Source: Nemertoderma westbladi (lineage: Eukaryota > Animalia > Xenacoelomorpha). From it: a stretch of 36,854 nt of DNA. The stretch covers positions 1-36,854 of the forward strand of contig JAUCBJ010001779.1 of NCBI GenBank assembly GCA_032718475.1, given 5' to 3'. Numbering within the stretch: the first letter of the stretch is position 1; each line of letters begins with the position of its first letter. Under the pieces are notes generated by a model. That model saw only the letters and a program-made list of their open reading frames with translations, was not told the DNA's origin and ran no database searches. The translations under genes were made by a program, and so were the position numbers. Shown here one piece after another: positions 11,181 to 21,707 of this stretch.

Positions 11181-12735
11181 GCTGGTGTAGTCCCTGCCCA
11201 TAAAAAAGGTCCAGTGATAATCAGCGGTAATAACAGGCCCCTTTCCAACCTTCCAATACTGTCGAAAATACTTGAACGCATTGCATATGACCAAATGTTT
11301 TTCTATGTAACTTCAAAACACCTTATGAATAAGTTCCAGTCTGGATTTCGACCTAACCTACCAAGGAGCCACCTTAAATGAATCCCTTACTGGTATGGAA
11401 ATGGTGCTTAGAGTATTAAAAAAAGGAAACTCGCGTCTACGCTTCCTTCATCGACATGGTGCCATCCTCGACCGCTCCCTTAGATGACTACTTTGCAACT
11501 CACTCATCCAGCCACACATTGACTATGCTGCATCCACTTGGTTTTTCACCATTACAAAGAAACTTCGAACTAATGTTGAAGCCCTTCAAAGAAAATGCAT
11601 CCGTTTCTGCCTCCGTCTTGGCCCTCGTATCCACATTAATGCTACACATTATGTTGCAATCAACTGGCTTCCCCTCCGCGAGCGAGTGCAATCAGTTATT
11701 TTTATCACACATGTTTAGAGTCAGAAACGGCCTCTCGCCAGAGTACATGAACGACATGGTCATACTTTCAATGAAGGACGAAGCGGTCTCCGCTCTTCTC
11801 AAGATAGGGCATTGATTCCCGATCGGAAGACAATTTATGGACAGACCACTTTCAGTTTCTATGGTCCCAAACTATGGAATGCACTCCCAAAGGTTCTAAC
11901 TGAATGCTCTTCATTAGTAACATTTAAACATAAACTGAAGGACTACTTACTGACTAAGATCGAAGATTCATCCATCTTTCTCTATACTTAATTTTTAACG
12001 AATTTTAGACCGACCGATACAATAATATCTTTCTATTTATTTAATTTTTAACGTATTTTTTTAGATTGATAATATACTACTCTTGTTATTAACTCAGGCT
12101 TAGACCTTCCGTTCCCACAATACTTAAGTTCTCTATGGTTCCAACCCATCTACAGAATGTACTGTACTCAGTGTCTACCTTTTGTTTCAATTTGATCTTT
12201 TTTTACTCTTAGATAAACCACAGTATCTACTGTACCTTTAATTCAATTTTATCTGCTTTTTTACTCTTTTATATACTTACCGCTAATTATATATTCACAG
12301 ATATTTATTTGACCCGAGTTTTATTCTGGACCCTCATGGAAACGAGGTGAAACCTCATGAGGCCATCCACGTCACTACATACGCTATCCTTCTTGTTTTT
12401 ACAGTACGTTACATTAATTATATTTACACTCATATTTACATACATATTTACATTTATATTCACTACATACGATATCCTTATTATTTATACTGTACATTAC
12501 ATTAATTATATTTTACCTATGCTTGTGATGTTGAGACCCATTGTTTTAAAACTAATGCAATTGTGCAACATTTCTCATGTTACCGTTCCATATAGGTATG
12601 TACAGTACACTACTATGCATAGTTATATAATATTAATTGTTGTTTCTCATCGTTTTTTCGCTTTACATTGCGATTTTATCTGTTTAGTGCATATAATTTG
12701 TTGTTGACTTAAAAAAATCAAATCAAAATGAAATC
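11181..12735 (+). mobile_element. L2/Crack-like LINE, 3' part (RT start, RT core deleted, C-terminus, 3' UTR and tail)
   Basis: NNRPLSNLPILSKILER and FQSGFRPN, then a jump near 11362 to ESLTGMEMVLRVLKKGNSRLRFLHR; FYGPKLWNALP near 11860-11890; stem-loop at 12328-12368; (AAATC)-like tail at 12716-12735. Confidence 0.85.
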
Positions 12736-13794
12736 TGCCTGTGCTCTATGCAGCCCAGGTTGGAATTCATGCATGACCGCGCAGGTACGCTTTGTTGTTT
12801 CGAGATCACCGCGCACCGCACCCTAAATTGGCTCGTCCAGTCGTCGCGCACCTCATCATAATCCATATAAAATCGCGCAGCTCATAAAAACAATTTTACA
12901 GTCCTACATATTTTACAAGTTTGAGCGTTTCAAAGCTTATCTTACTGTCTTAGTACTGTACATCTGTACGTTGAATCTACATAATAAATGAAAATGTTAC
13001 ATCAAAATTGTTAATATTAAAAAAAAAAATTTATCCTCTACATTTACATTTGAAAATACAATACTCCAGTACTCTACTGTATAAAATTTGAATAAAATAT
13101 GCAATAGTTAATTATTATTAGGTACCAGTAATACTTAGTATACCTAACAATTAGGCTTAACATACAGATATTGGTAGGGCTCGATCGGAGCTCCGGCCAT
13201 TTTGGCACCTCCGGCTCCGGTAAATATATTGCAGGAGTTAATTTTTTAATAAAGTATTATATTTCGTGCATATTCTAATCTGGACAATTATTTACACTAG
13301 GCCTATAAAGTACTGTAGTGCTTCAATATCAAGCATAATACTGCAGTATTAACTTACAGTACAGTCAAAGTCAATGACTGACTAACTCTGAGTCACACAA
13401 TATTAGTCCAACTGTCAACAGTGGTACTCCAGCACTTCGGGTCTGTATGACAATGTGAACTTTAAAATGTTTCAGTTTAGTACAACAGTGGTAGGTCATA
13501 GGGTACCGTACTGCCGTAGCCTAATAATGTAATAATACAGTACATGTACAGTACAGCAGTAATAGGCCAAGGCCTGTCAACACATACACCAAAAATGTAA
13601 TGGTGGTTATCGTACTCCGTACTGCAGTACTGGTACTGGCTGACTAGCAGAGTAGACAGGTAGGCCCTACTCCAGTACTCTGCTACTGTCAGACTGTAAA
13701 AAATTGTAAATGCTATGATTGTACACTGTACCACTGCAGCCATTTACAGATTTACTGCTGTCATGCCAGGGCCAGCATACTGTACAAGGCAGCA

Positions 13795-14076
13795 AGGGCT
13801 CAACCGAAGCTTCGGCTTCCGTTCGGGCCGAAGTTTGGCAATTTCGGTTCGGCTTCTGCGATTGATACTGCAGAGGCCCGGAGCAAACTTTGCTAAATAT
13901 TCCAAGTATTACATCAGTACATTGACTGATTGAGCTAAGACCAGAAGACATTACCGGTAAGACTAATCAATCTGCTGAGCTGATCTGTCCATCATTGTAC
14001 TAATTAATTTTGGACTGAACTTATTCCATATTCCATCTGACCATTTAGAAGGCATTATTTTATTAATTGTTTCCAG
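13795..14076 (+). mobile_element. Partial copy of the hAT MITE left end (empty-site version)
   Basis: Colinear with 15637-15837 plus 17018-17063 and lacks the 15838-17010 insert. Confidence 0.85.
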
Positions 14077-14212
14077 TTCCATCAGTCCATTATTCCACCG
14101 GCAGACCGGTGCTATTTAGATACTGATGCTTGTTACCTACTGTACCTAAGAAGGCTAACAATTTTGAAATTACAATCACCCAGGTTGGAATTTATGTAGA
14201 GTTTGCTCAACA

Positions 14213-14351
14213 TGTGTGGCGCGGATTAAGGATCCTGGCGCGTAGTGATGTAGTGACAGGGCTGCAGGGGCGTGTGGCGCGGATTAAGGATCCTGGCGCG
14301 TAGTGACAGGGGCGTGTGGCGCGCATTGAGGATCCTGGCGGTCCTGGCGCG
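14213..14351. repeat. Imperfect tandem repeat of TGTGGCGCGGATTAAGGATCCTGGCGCG (3 copies)
   Basis: Copies near 14215, 14273 and 14315. Confidence 0.8.
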
Positions 14352-14507
14352 AATATGGATGTAGTGTTAGCTCCTGTTAGCGTTAGGTTGGGACAGTCTG
14401 ACAGTAGGAGGTAGCGTAGCTGTAGCAGTGCACTAGCAACACATCCCACTCTACAGCATACAGCTCTATTTGAAATTATTCCATAGGTTTAAAAAGATTG
14501 AAAAATG

Positions 14508-14976
14508 TCCGCTCGCTTCGCTTGCGTTTATACTGTGACTGTAAATCTACTCTTAGTACTGTCTGGCTGTGGACAAATGGAAACGGACAGATTGTTTAGA
14601 TTACATACGGACAGATTAAAAACATGACTTATTGTTTCAAACGTTTTTCAATTGTCAGATTCTTCAAACCAATAAAACCATGAAAGCCTGCATGATTCAG
14701 CAGAATTTCCGTGCTCGCTAAGCTCGCAGTCGCAATTTACCGGTAAAAACATCTGCATTTCTGCATTTGAAAACAGTCGGTTTGCCAACTTTAAATGTTG
14801 AAATGTTAAAATTTTCGTGCTCGCTACGCTCGCATCTTGATCACATCTGCATTTAAAAACAGTCAGTTGACGTTGACCTACTACTACTACTACAACTACA
14901 GCACTATCTGACTATTACTGTCAGACTGTATTTATGTTAATATAATTGGAAAATTTCCTTGCTCGCTACGCTCGCA
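14508..14976 (+). repeat. Four spaced GCTCGCT(A/T)(C/A)GCT(C/T)GC motifs, probably internal repeats of a DNA-transposon relic
   Basis: Motif near 14511, 14713, 14819 and 14961, each after an (A)nT(T)C-like tract. Confidence 0.5.
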
Positions 14977-15164
14977 TTTTAATGTTAACATACTGTAGGG
15001 CTACAGAATTCAGGAATTATAAACTGATAAATTATTACAATTAAGCAATTACTGCAAAATTTCATAGTCAATTGTCGGCTTGGCGCGCATTAGATATCAT
15101 GGCTGGCGCGATTTTCGTTTAACCAGAACGCGTGTGGCGCGCTTTTTGTCAGTATTCCATATAG

Positions 15165-15628
15165 GACAATCACTAGAACATAGACGAGTGCATATTGCTG
15201 TATTGACCTAATTCAGTAATTACTGTTTTTAAAATACTCAATGGTTTTATTTCACTAGAATCTAATAATTTATTTGTAAATGTAAATTTATCTTCAATAA
15301 GACTGAGGGGGCACCCTTATAAATTGCAGCAGGCAGGCAGGGACATTCAGACATTGCAGAACTGTTGCGGTACAGAACTCATTTACAAATCGTGTTTGCC
15401 TGTTTGGAACAATCTGCCTTACGTTGCAGTAACTGCCCCCTCAGTCTGTCAGTTGAATTGTTCAAACGCCATATTTATGTGTGCGATTATAACAATTGGA
15501 TTAAATTTGACCGCAATTTGTAACTATGCCAATTTCTAATTATTTTCTATTTTTCATATCATTAGTTCCAGAGTTCTATCTGAGCTGCTGAGTTCAACTC
15601 TTTTTAGCGATCTACACTTTTATTTTAA
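15165..15628 (+). mobile_element. CR1-like LINE 3' fragment; its 3' UTR probably resumes at 17659-17826 after the hAT insertion
   Basis: FKILNGFI...RLRGHPYKL...VWNNLP motifs; (ATATA)n-like tail at 17802-17826. Confidence 0.7.
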
Positions 15629-15636
15629 CATGTCAG

Positions 15637-17650
15637 TAGGGCTCAACAGAAGCTTCGGCTTCGGTTCGGTTCGGGCCGAAGTTTGGCAATTTCGGTTCGG
15701 TTCGGCTTCTGCAATTGATACTGCAGAAGCCCGGAGCAAACTTTGCTAAATATTCCAAGTATTACATTGACAGATTGAGCTAAGACCAGAAGACAGTAAG
15801 ACTAATCAATCTGTCCATCGTTGTACTAATTAATTTTAGAGTGTAAACGTTAAGCAGACACTGGTGCAGAGCAGACAGTGGTGCAGACAGTGATGCAGAC
15901 AGTGGTGCAGACACCTGGTGCAGGCAGACAGTGGTGCACGCACTGGTGCAGACAGTGGTGCAGACATTGGTGCAGAGTGCAGACATAGTGGTGCAGACAG
16001 TGGTGCAGACACTGGTGCAGACAGTGGTGCAGACACCTGGAAGCCTGGTGCAGATAGAGGTACAGACAGTGGTGCAGACAGTGGTGCAGACAGTGGTGCA
16101 GACAGTGGTGCAGACAGTGGTGCAGACAGTGGTGCAGACAGTGGTACAGACACTATGGTGCAGACAGTGGAGCAGACAGTGGTGCAGACACCTGGTGCAG
16201 ACAGTGGTGCAGACACTGGTGCAGGCAGTGGTGCAGACGCTGGTGCAGACAGTAAAGGGTCGAGCAGTTTGTAAAGGAGCAGGTTTCAGAGGAGTATTGG
16301 GAGAACCAAAACAATAAACGTTATTGTTTTGCGAGCTAAGAATACCCAAGGCAGCAAGGGCCAAGAATACTCGCAGGCTAAGAAAAGAATACTCGCGGGC
16401 TAAGAATTCCTGAGACCTTACTGTAGTTAGTGAATGTATATCCCCAGCATGAGACAATAACTTAATGAGCTCGTTTTATTATATAGTAATAAGCAGTGAC
16501 TCCAGTAAAGGTAAACAAATTAAACATACTCTGTATAAAGTAGGTCATGTATAAACAATCAGACACTGTCGCTTAAACCTCATTCCTTTGAGACATTGCT
16601 GCTTACATTATTGTTTATATGAAAACGGGAATACCGATTAATTACTTACGTACACACCTCTTATAATTATTTGTAATCAGGGCACATTCACCTGCACGCA
16701 CCCCGACTTGTACTACATAAGTCCTCCCTACTTCATGTAGAACCTTTCAGTAGTTACTCGCATATTTGTAGATAATAAAGTCTATGATAAAATATAATAT
16801 AATAGTGCCTGGTGGTATTGTGTTTTGTGGTACTCTGGTATTTCAGTATTTTCACCAGGTGTCTGCACCACTGTCTGCACCACTGTCTGCACCAGTGTCT
16901 GCACCAATGTCTGCACGCTGCACCACTGTCTTCACCAGTGTCTGCACCACTGGCCGCACCAGGTGTCTGCACCACTGTCTGCACTACTGTCTGCTTAACG
17001 TTTACACCCTTAATTTTGGACTGAACTTCCATTTAAATGGCATTATTTTTTTAATTGTTTCCAGGTTACTTGGGTAGTTTCAAAATTAGCTTAATTAAAC
17101 AGTAGTTTAGGTTAGGCAAAATATTGCCATTTTACATTGTAGTACCCTATTTTTTAATTAATCATAACTTTGATACATAATACCAAATATACCTACTACC
17201 TCATATAAATAGTATTACAAAGACTACCTGTACTTTTAGTGAGGTTTTCTAAATTTGATATCACTACTGTGCGGCTTACTTACAGTAAGTACTTAGAGTA
17301 ACTTACAGTGGTGCATACAGTAAGTTCATGCATACAGTAAGTAGGCCTATACAGTACACAGTAGTTTAGGTTAGTAATGTACAGTAATGTAAATATTGCC
17401 ATTTTATTTTGTAGTATTTATTTTTTTAATTAATCATAGCTTTCTCGCTCTGTCGCTAAGTCCGCAGACCAAATAGGTGCCAGTCTGCCACTGCCAGTCA
17501 GCCAGTATACTGACGTAAATACGAATTTATGACCGTAACTTGCTAACTTTCTGAACTTCGGTTCGGATTCGGTTCGGTTCGGCCCGAAGTTGGCTCTAGG
17601 CTTCGGTTCGGTTCGGTTCGGCCCCATAAAGTGCCTTCTGTTGAACCCTA
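15637..17650. mobile_element. Non-autonomous hAT element
   Basis: 16-bp TIR TAGGG(C/T)TCAACAGAAG (15/16 match); perfect 8-bp TSD CATGTCAG at 15629-15636 and 17651-17658; TTCGG subterminal repeats at both ends. Confidence 0.92.
15838..17010. mobile_element. Foldback element nested in the hAT MITE, arms made of a 12-bp minisatellite (GGTGCAGACAGT)
   Basis: TIR AG(A/G)GTGTAAACGTTAAGCAGACA; duplication TAATTTT at 15831-15837 and 17011-17017; empty site at 14001-14017. Array at about 15854-16252 (+) and inverted at about 16852-16995. Confidence 0.88.
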
Positions 17651-18152
17651 CATGTCAGCATGTAATAATATTTTAGCTTATTTTAATTTAGTTTTTAATC
17701 TTATTTTAATATGGTGCCATAGTATAGGCCTAAGTCGTTTTGTTTTATTCACTGTTTTTATTTATATGCTTCTCCTTCTATGACAGCGGTGTCTCCACCC
17801 AAATAATATAATAATATAATATAATAGTCAGATAGTTAAGATACCGGATACAGAACCTCTAGCTGTCTAGTGCACTGTTAACAAACACACGATGGAGATT
17901 TGTATATAGTAAAGTATGAAGTACTGTAGAAAGATACATAAAATACACCGGGACCGGTATACCCTTGAACACTTCACTTTGGCTATTGTTTTTCCGTTTC
18001 TGTACAGTAATATCCCTTACAGCCTTACTACCGGTACTTGTACTACCTTTACCTGTTTACCTTACTACCTGTACTGTACTACCTTACTGCCTTAGGCTTA
18101 GAGTTATCGGTTTATCATATAACAGCTGACAGTCTAATATCTGAATATAATT

Positions 18153-19745
18153 ATGGAGAGTTCTGGATCTAGTGTTCCTATTCATCTTTCGGAGGTTGAG
18201 AAGCAATATTACTCGCGGATGTTCTCTTTGTGCGACGCTGGAAATACTGGAAAATTAACTGGAAAAGATGTCACCAGACTCTTCCTAAAGTCCAAGCTTA
18301 ACACCGATGTTCTGGCAAAAATTTCGGAACTTTGCGGGGCGAGGCGATTAGGTTATTTCGGGCGAAGTCAATTTTATGTCGCTCTAAAACTAATCGCGGC
18401 GATTCAGTCAGGAAGAAATTTAAATATCGACAGCGTTTCCGCTTCCGATGTGCCTCTTCCGAGTTTCTCAGGAGTTCCGCTTCCGGCTAGCAGCAGTAGC
18501 GAGACCCGCAGTCACTCCACCAGTTCCTTCTCCCCTCAGCCTCCCAAATCCCCATTCGAAATCTACAATTCCCCAACGTCGAGCGGCCAAACTCAACATT
18601 ACAGTCCGGCTGCTGCTGCTGTTCCCAGTCAAGCGACACCTGGTCGCGGCCCCGGCAACAACGCAACGTCCGACTGCAACGGACAGACGGCGGACCCGTG
18701 GACAATCACAGAGGAGCAGCGCCGTTACTACACCGGCCAGTTCCTCAGCCTCCAACCCAGCCCTTCCGGGACAATAAGCGGCCTAGTTGCGCGATCCTTC
18801 TTCCAAAAGTCGAAACTCTCCATCCCGGAGTTGTCGCACATTTGGCAGCTTTCAGATCGCGATCAGGATGGGAATCTTTCCCTCGAGGAATTCGCCATCG
18901 CGATGCATCTGGTTGTGGCGAAGCGTCACGGAATGTCGCTGCCTTCAGTCCTACCCGGTCAATTAGAGTTAACCTCCGGGGTGACCGTAGTGGAATCCAA
19001 CACCCCCCGGACCCCGGCCGCACCCCTCACGCCTCCCGCCGCCCCCCGCATCGACCCCAAGCCCCCTCCGTCCCCCGTCACCGACGACTGGGCTCGCTTC
19101 TCCCCCGCTCCCCCCTCCTACAACCCCGACGACGCCCCTGCCTCGCCCTCCTCTCTCCCGCACCCCCACGCCCTCAGACCGACCCCCGGGGGCCCCCAAC
19201 TCGCCCCCTCCGCCACGACAACCCCCCTTCCCGTCTCATTCCAACCGCTACGCGCCGCCGGCACCCTAGACCCGCCCCCCTCTCGGCGTGTCGCGCGTAC
19301 GATGTCGACTAAACCCGCGAGCAATCCGCCCACGAAACCGCCGCATAAGAACTACCTGTCGGACGGAGCGTGCGAACTCGGCGACGCCTCCGATGTCCCG
19401 GAACCCGCGGGACTCTCTCGCCAACGGAAGTGCCACTCCCGCAGTAACTCGCTTGACCTACAGAAACTCGGGTTCGAACCGACTCCGGCTCCGCGCGGCG
19501 ACACCGGTTTCGCGGATTTCGACCAACAATTCGGCGCGGTTTCCAACGCCACCCCGAGCCACGATAGCAGCGTCGAGTCGCTACGAACTCGGGAGCAGCT
19601 GACGGTTAGTATAACTGAGGCGACACACAGGCGGGAATACCTCACCCGGTCCAACAAGCAATTAGAACAACAGTTAAACCAACTCTCTATGTCGAGGGTT
19701 TCTCTAGAAGGGAAAGTCGCCCGAATTGAGAAGGAGTTGGATTAG
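18153..19745 (+). CDS. REPS1: RalBP1-associated Eps15-homology domain protein (REPS1/REPS2 family), 530 aa, single coding exon
   Basis: N-terminal EH-like domain with ELCGARRLGYFGRSQFYVALKL; second EH domain DPWTITEEQRRYY...FFQKSKL..ELSHIWQLSD.D.DG.L...EF..AMHLVVA; Pro-rich region; HSRSNSLD motif; C-terminal coiled coil. Confidence 0.95.
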   Translation: MESSGSSVPIHLSEVEKQYYSRMFSLCDAGNTGKLTGKDVTRLFLKSKLNTDVLAKISELCGARRLGYFGRSQFYVALKLIAAIQSGRNLNIDSVSASDVPLPSFSGVPLPASSSSETRSHSTSSFSPQPPKSPFEIYNSPTSSGQTQHYSPAAAAVPSQATPGRGPGNNATSDCNGQTADPWTITEEQRRYYTGQFLSLQPSPSGTISGLVARSFFQKSKLSIPELSHIWQLSDRDQDGNLSLEEFAIAMHLVVAKRHGMSLPSVLPGQLELTSGVTVVESNTPRTPAAPLTPPAAPRIDPKPPPSPVTDDWARFSPAPPSYNPDDAPASPSSLPHPHALRPTPGGPQLAPSATTTPLPVSFQPLRAAGTLDPPPSRRVARTMSTKPASNPPTKPPHKNYLSDGACELGDASDVPEPAGLSRQRKCHSRSNSLDLQKLGFEPTPAPRGDTGFADFDQQFGAVSNATPSHDSSVESLRTREQLTVSITEATHRREYLTRSNKQLEQQLNQLSMSRVSLEGKVARIEKELD

Positions 19746-20365
19746 TAGCTTTATTAATTTAATAATTTAATTATCGCCTAATAATAATTTGGTTTTATCT
19801 TGCAATTTAGGACTTTAAATTCAATAATTAATAGCTTCCTAAAGTAAGACAATCATTCTCCCATCTCATGTAACCACCTGGAACAATATTATCAGCCAAT
19901 TCTAGCCCCTATGTAAACCAACCAAAACACTACACCCCACGTGCCCCTGACAACCGGGCAGGCTTAACCGCCCACCCACAATATCCACTTTTCGAATTTT
20001 TCAACCTAAGATGCAAGAAGCCATGAATTCGCCTTAAAATTAATTAATTTCTTTACTTGTTATGTAATTGATATCGTCTATCCTCCATATATTATCTGCA
20101 TTTATATATATATATTATATACTCTCTCTATTTCCATTCCCAACTCGAGCTAGATAATCACAAATATGTAGTTAATAGTTGTATATTTATTAGCCGTATA
20201 GTTCGTATAATTATAAAGTAGCCTAATTAATTTGCAGCAACCAGCCAACACACATGTCACATAAAGTAAACGTGTGTCAGAAATGAGAAAAAGACTTTAT
20301 ATCCCAATATAATATAGCCTGCTTAAAAATTGATATTGTTTAGGTTTACATACCGGTACCGGTAA

Positions 20366-20609
20366 GGGGGCGTTCATAAAGTATGTCACGCACTGGAGGG
20401 GAAGGGGGTTCGGTATTGCGTGACATTTTGTGACAGGGGGGGGGGGGGGGGGGGACTTTTGTGACGGTCTTGTATTCTGGCTTAACAAGCATTGTGTATT
20501 ATTGACATAAAATATTTTTGTCTGGGGGGGGGGGGGGGTATCCTTTGGGGGTATCACAACTTTAGTAATGTGACAGAGGGGGAGTTGGGGTCAAAAATCA
20601 TACTTAATG

Positions 20610-20645
<36 letters not shown>
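20366..20645. mobile_element. PIF/Harbinger-like MITE
   Basis: TAA|GGGGGCGTTCATAAAGTATG at the left end and CATACTTAATGACCCC...C|TAA at the right; internal TGTGACA motifs and G tracts. The right end is degenerate. Confidence 0.6.
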
Positions 20646-20648
<3 letters not shown>

Positions 20649-21100
20649 GCTAGACCACATTATATTCCATTATTTAACCTACTGTTAAGGTATTACATAA
20701 GGTATTACATATAGTCTTAACAATTTAATTTTGGTGGGCAATAATATTGCATACGGTACCAGTTAAAACTGTATCCTACACAGTACGAATAAACCTTTAA
20801 ATATCGTTTGAGAATATAATATTTATTTATTTAAATAGATTCAATGCAGTAAAAAAGAGGAATTATTTGACTATTACGTATGGCGGTATAAATTATTATA
20901 GTTAATTAGTTGTTTATTGATATCCCCCCCCCCCCCCCCCCCCTTCGTAGGCGTGCAGCAGTCTCTACTTTAAAATTGTAAACTCTTCCTATCAGCTGGA
21001 CCACCCGGTTTTACTTCTAGGCGGGACAGCACTGCTTCTGTTGGGGCGTAGTCATTTAACCCTTTCCACCCTACCGTATACATTTCTATACGTTACTTTA

Positions 21101-21707
21101 TAATTCTGTCCTCAAAAGGTACGTAACTCCAAAAACCTCATTCTGAGATATCAAACCCCAAAGGTTTTTTGTATGCGCTTTTAGTATGCTGTAGCTACTA
21201 GGGGTGTGTTATATATCATTGGATTGAGCATACATTGTCTGATACGTTTTTTCTTATACTTTTTGTACATATCCATATGGCTATAGAGCCAAACGAGGCC
21301 ACTTAAACTCAGTTAAGTGTTTTTGCCTTGTGCCACTTTGCCCCTACCCAACTTTAGCTATAGGTAAATCTGTATTGGGTAAATAATAAAGTTAAGTGCG
21401 TTTACCTCAGTAAACCCCACAATTAGTTATGAGTTAGAGTTAGGTACGTGTTATGCGTTACTACATCATAACTACAGTAGTTAATTACGTTCTTTTGACT
21501 TTGTAATTTGATTTAGGTCCTTTTGACTTTGTAACACCAAATTTCGCAATAATCGACTTAGTAAATTTCAAGTAAAAATGTCAAACAACCACCAGCAATG
21601 AGAGTCATTGATATATCAGATGATAGCTAAGTAGTATGTGCTTAATTATGCGCTATTAACTCAAAACTGCAAACTTTGGAGTTACGTGCCTTTGGAGAGC
21701 AGAATTA
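21101..21707. mobile_element. Probable MITE with imperfect inverted repeats of about 33 bp
   Basis: TAATTCTGTCCTCAAAAGGTACGTAACTCCAAA (21101-21133) versus TTTGGAGTTACGTGCCTTTGGAGAGCAGAATTA (21675-21707). No clear TSD. Confidence 0.55.

Noticed and set aside
12756-15162. Large hAT-like element with CAGGTTGGAAT left end and GCGCG subterminal motifs
   Set aside because: The right end is degenerate and no TSD was found, so boundaries cannot be supported.
15780-17077. Repetitive ORFs (CTTV, SAPL, GADS, VVQT repeats)
   Set aside because: Translations of the 12-bp minisatellite in a foldback element.
18448-19657. Overlapping and antisense ORFs within REPS1
   Set aside because: Expected shadows of a GC-rich coding region; no recognisable motifs.
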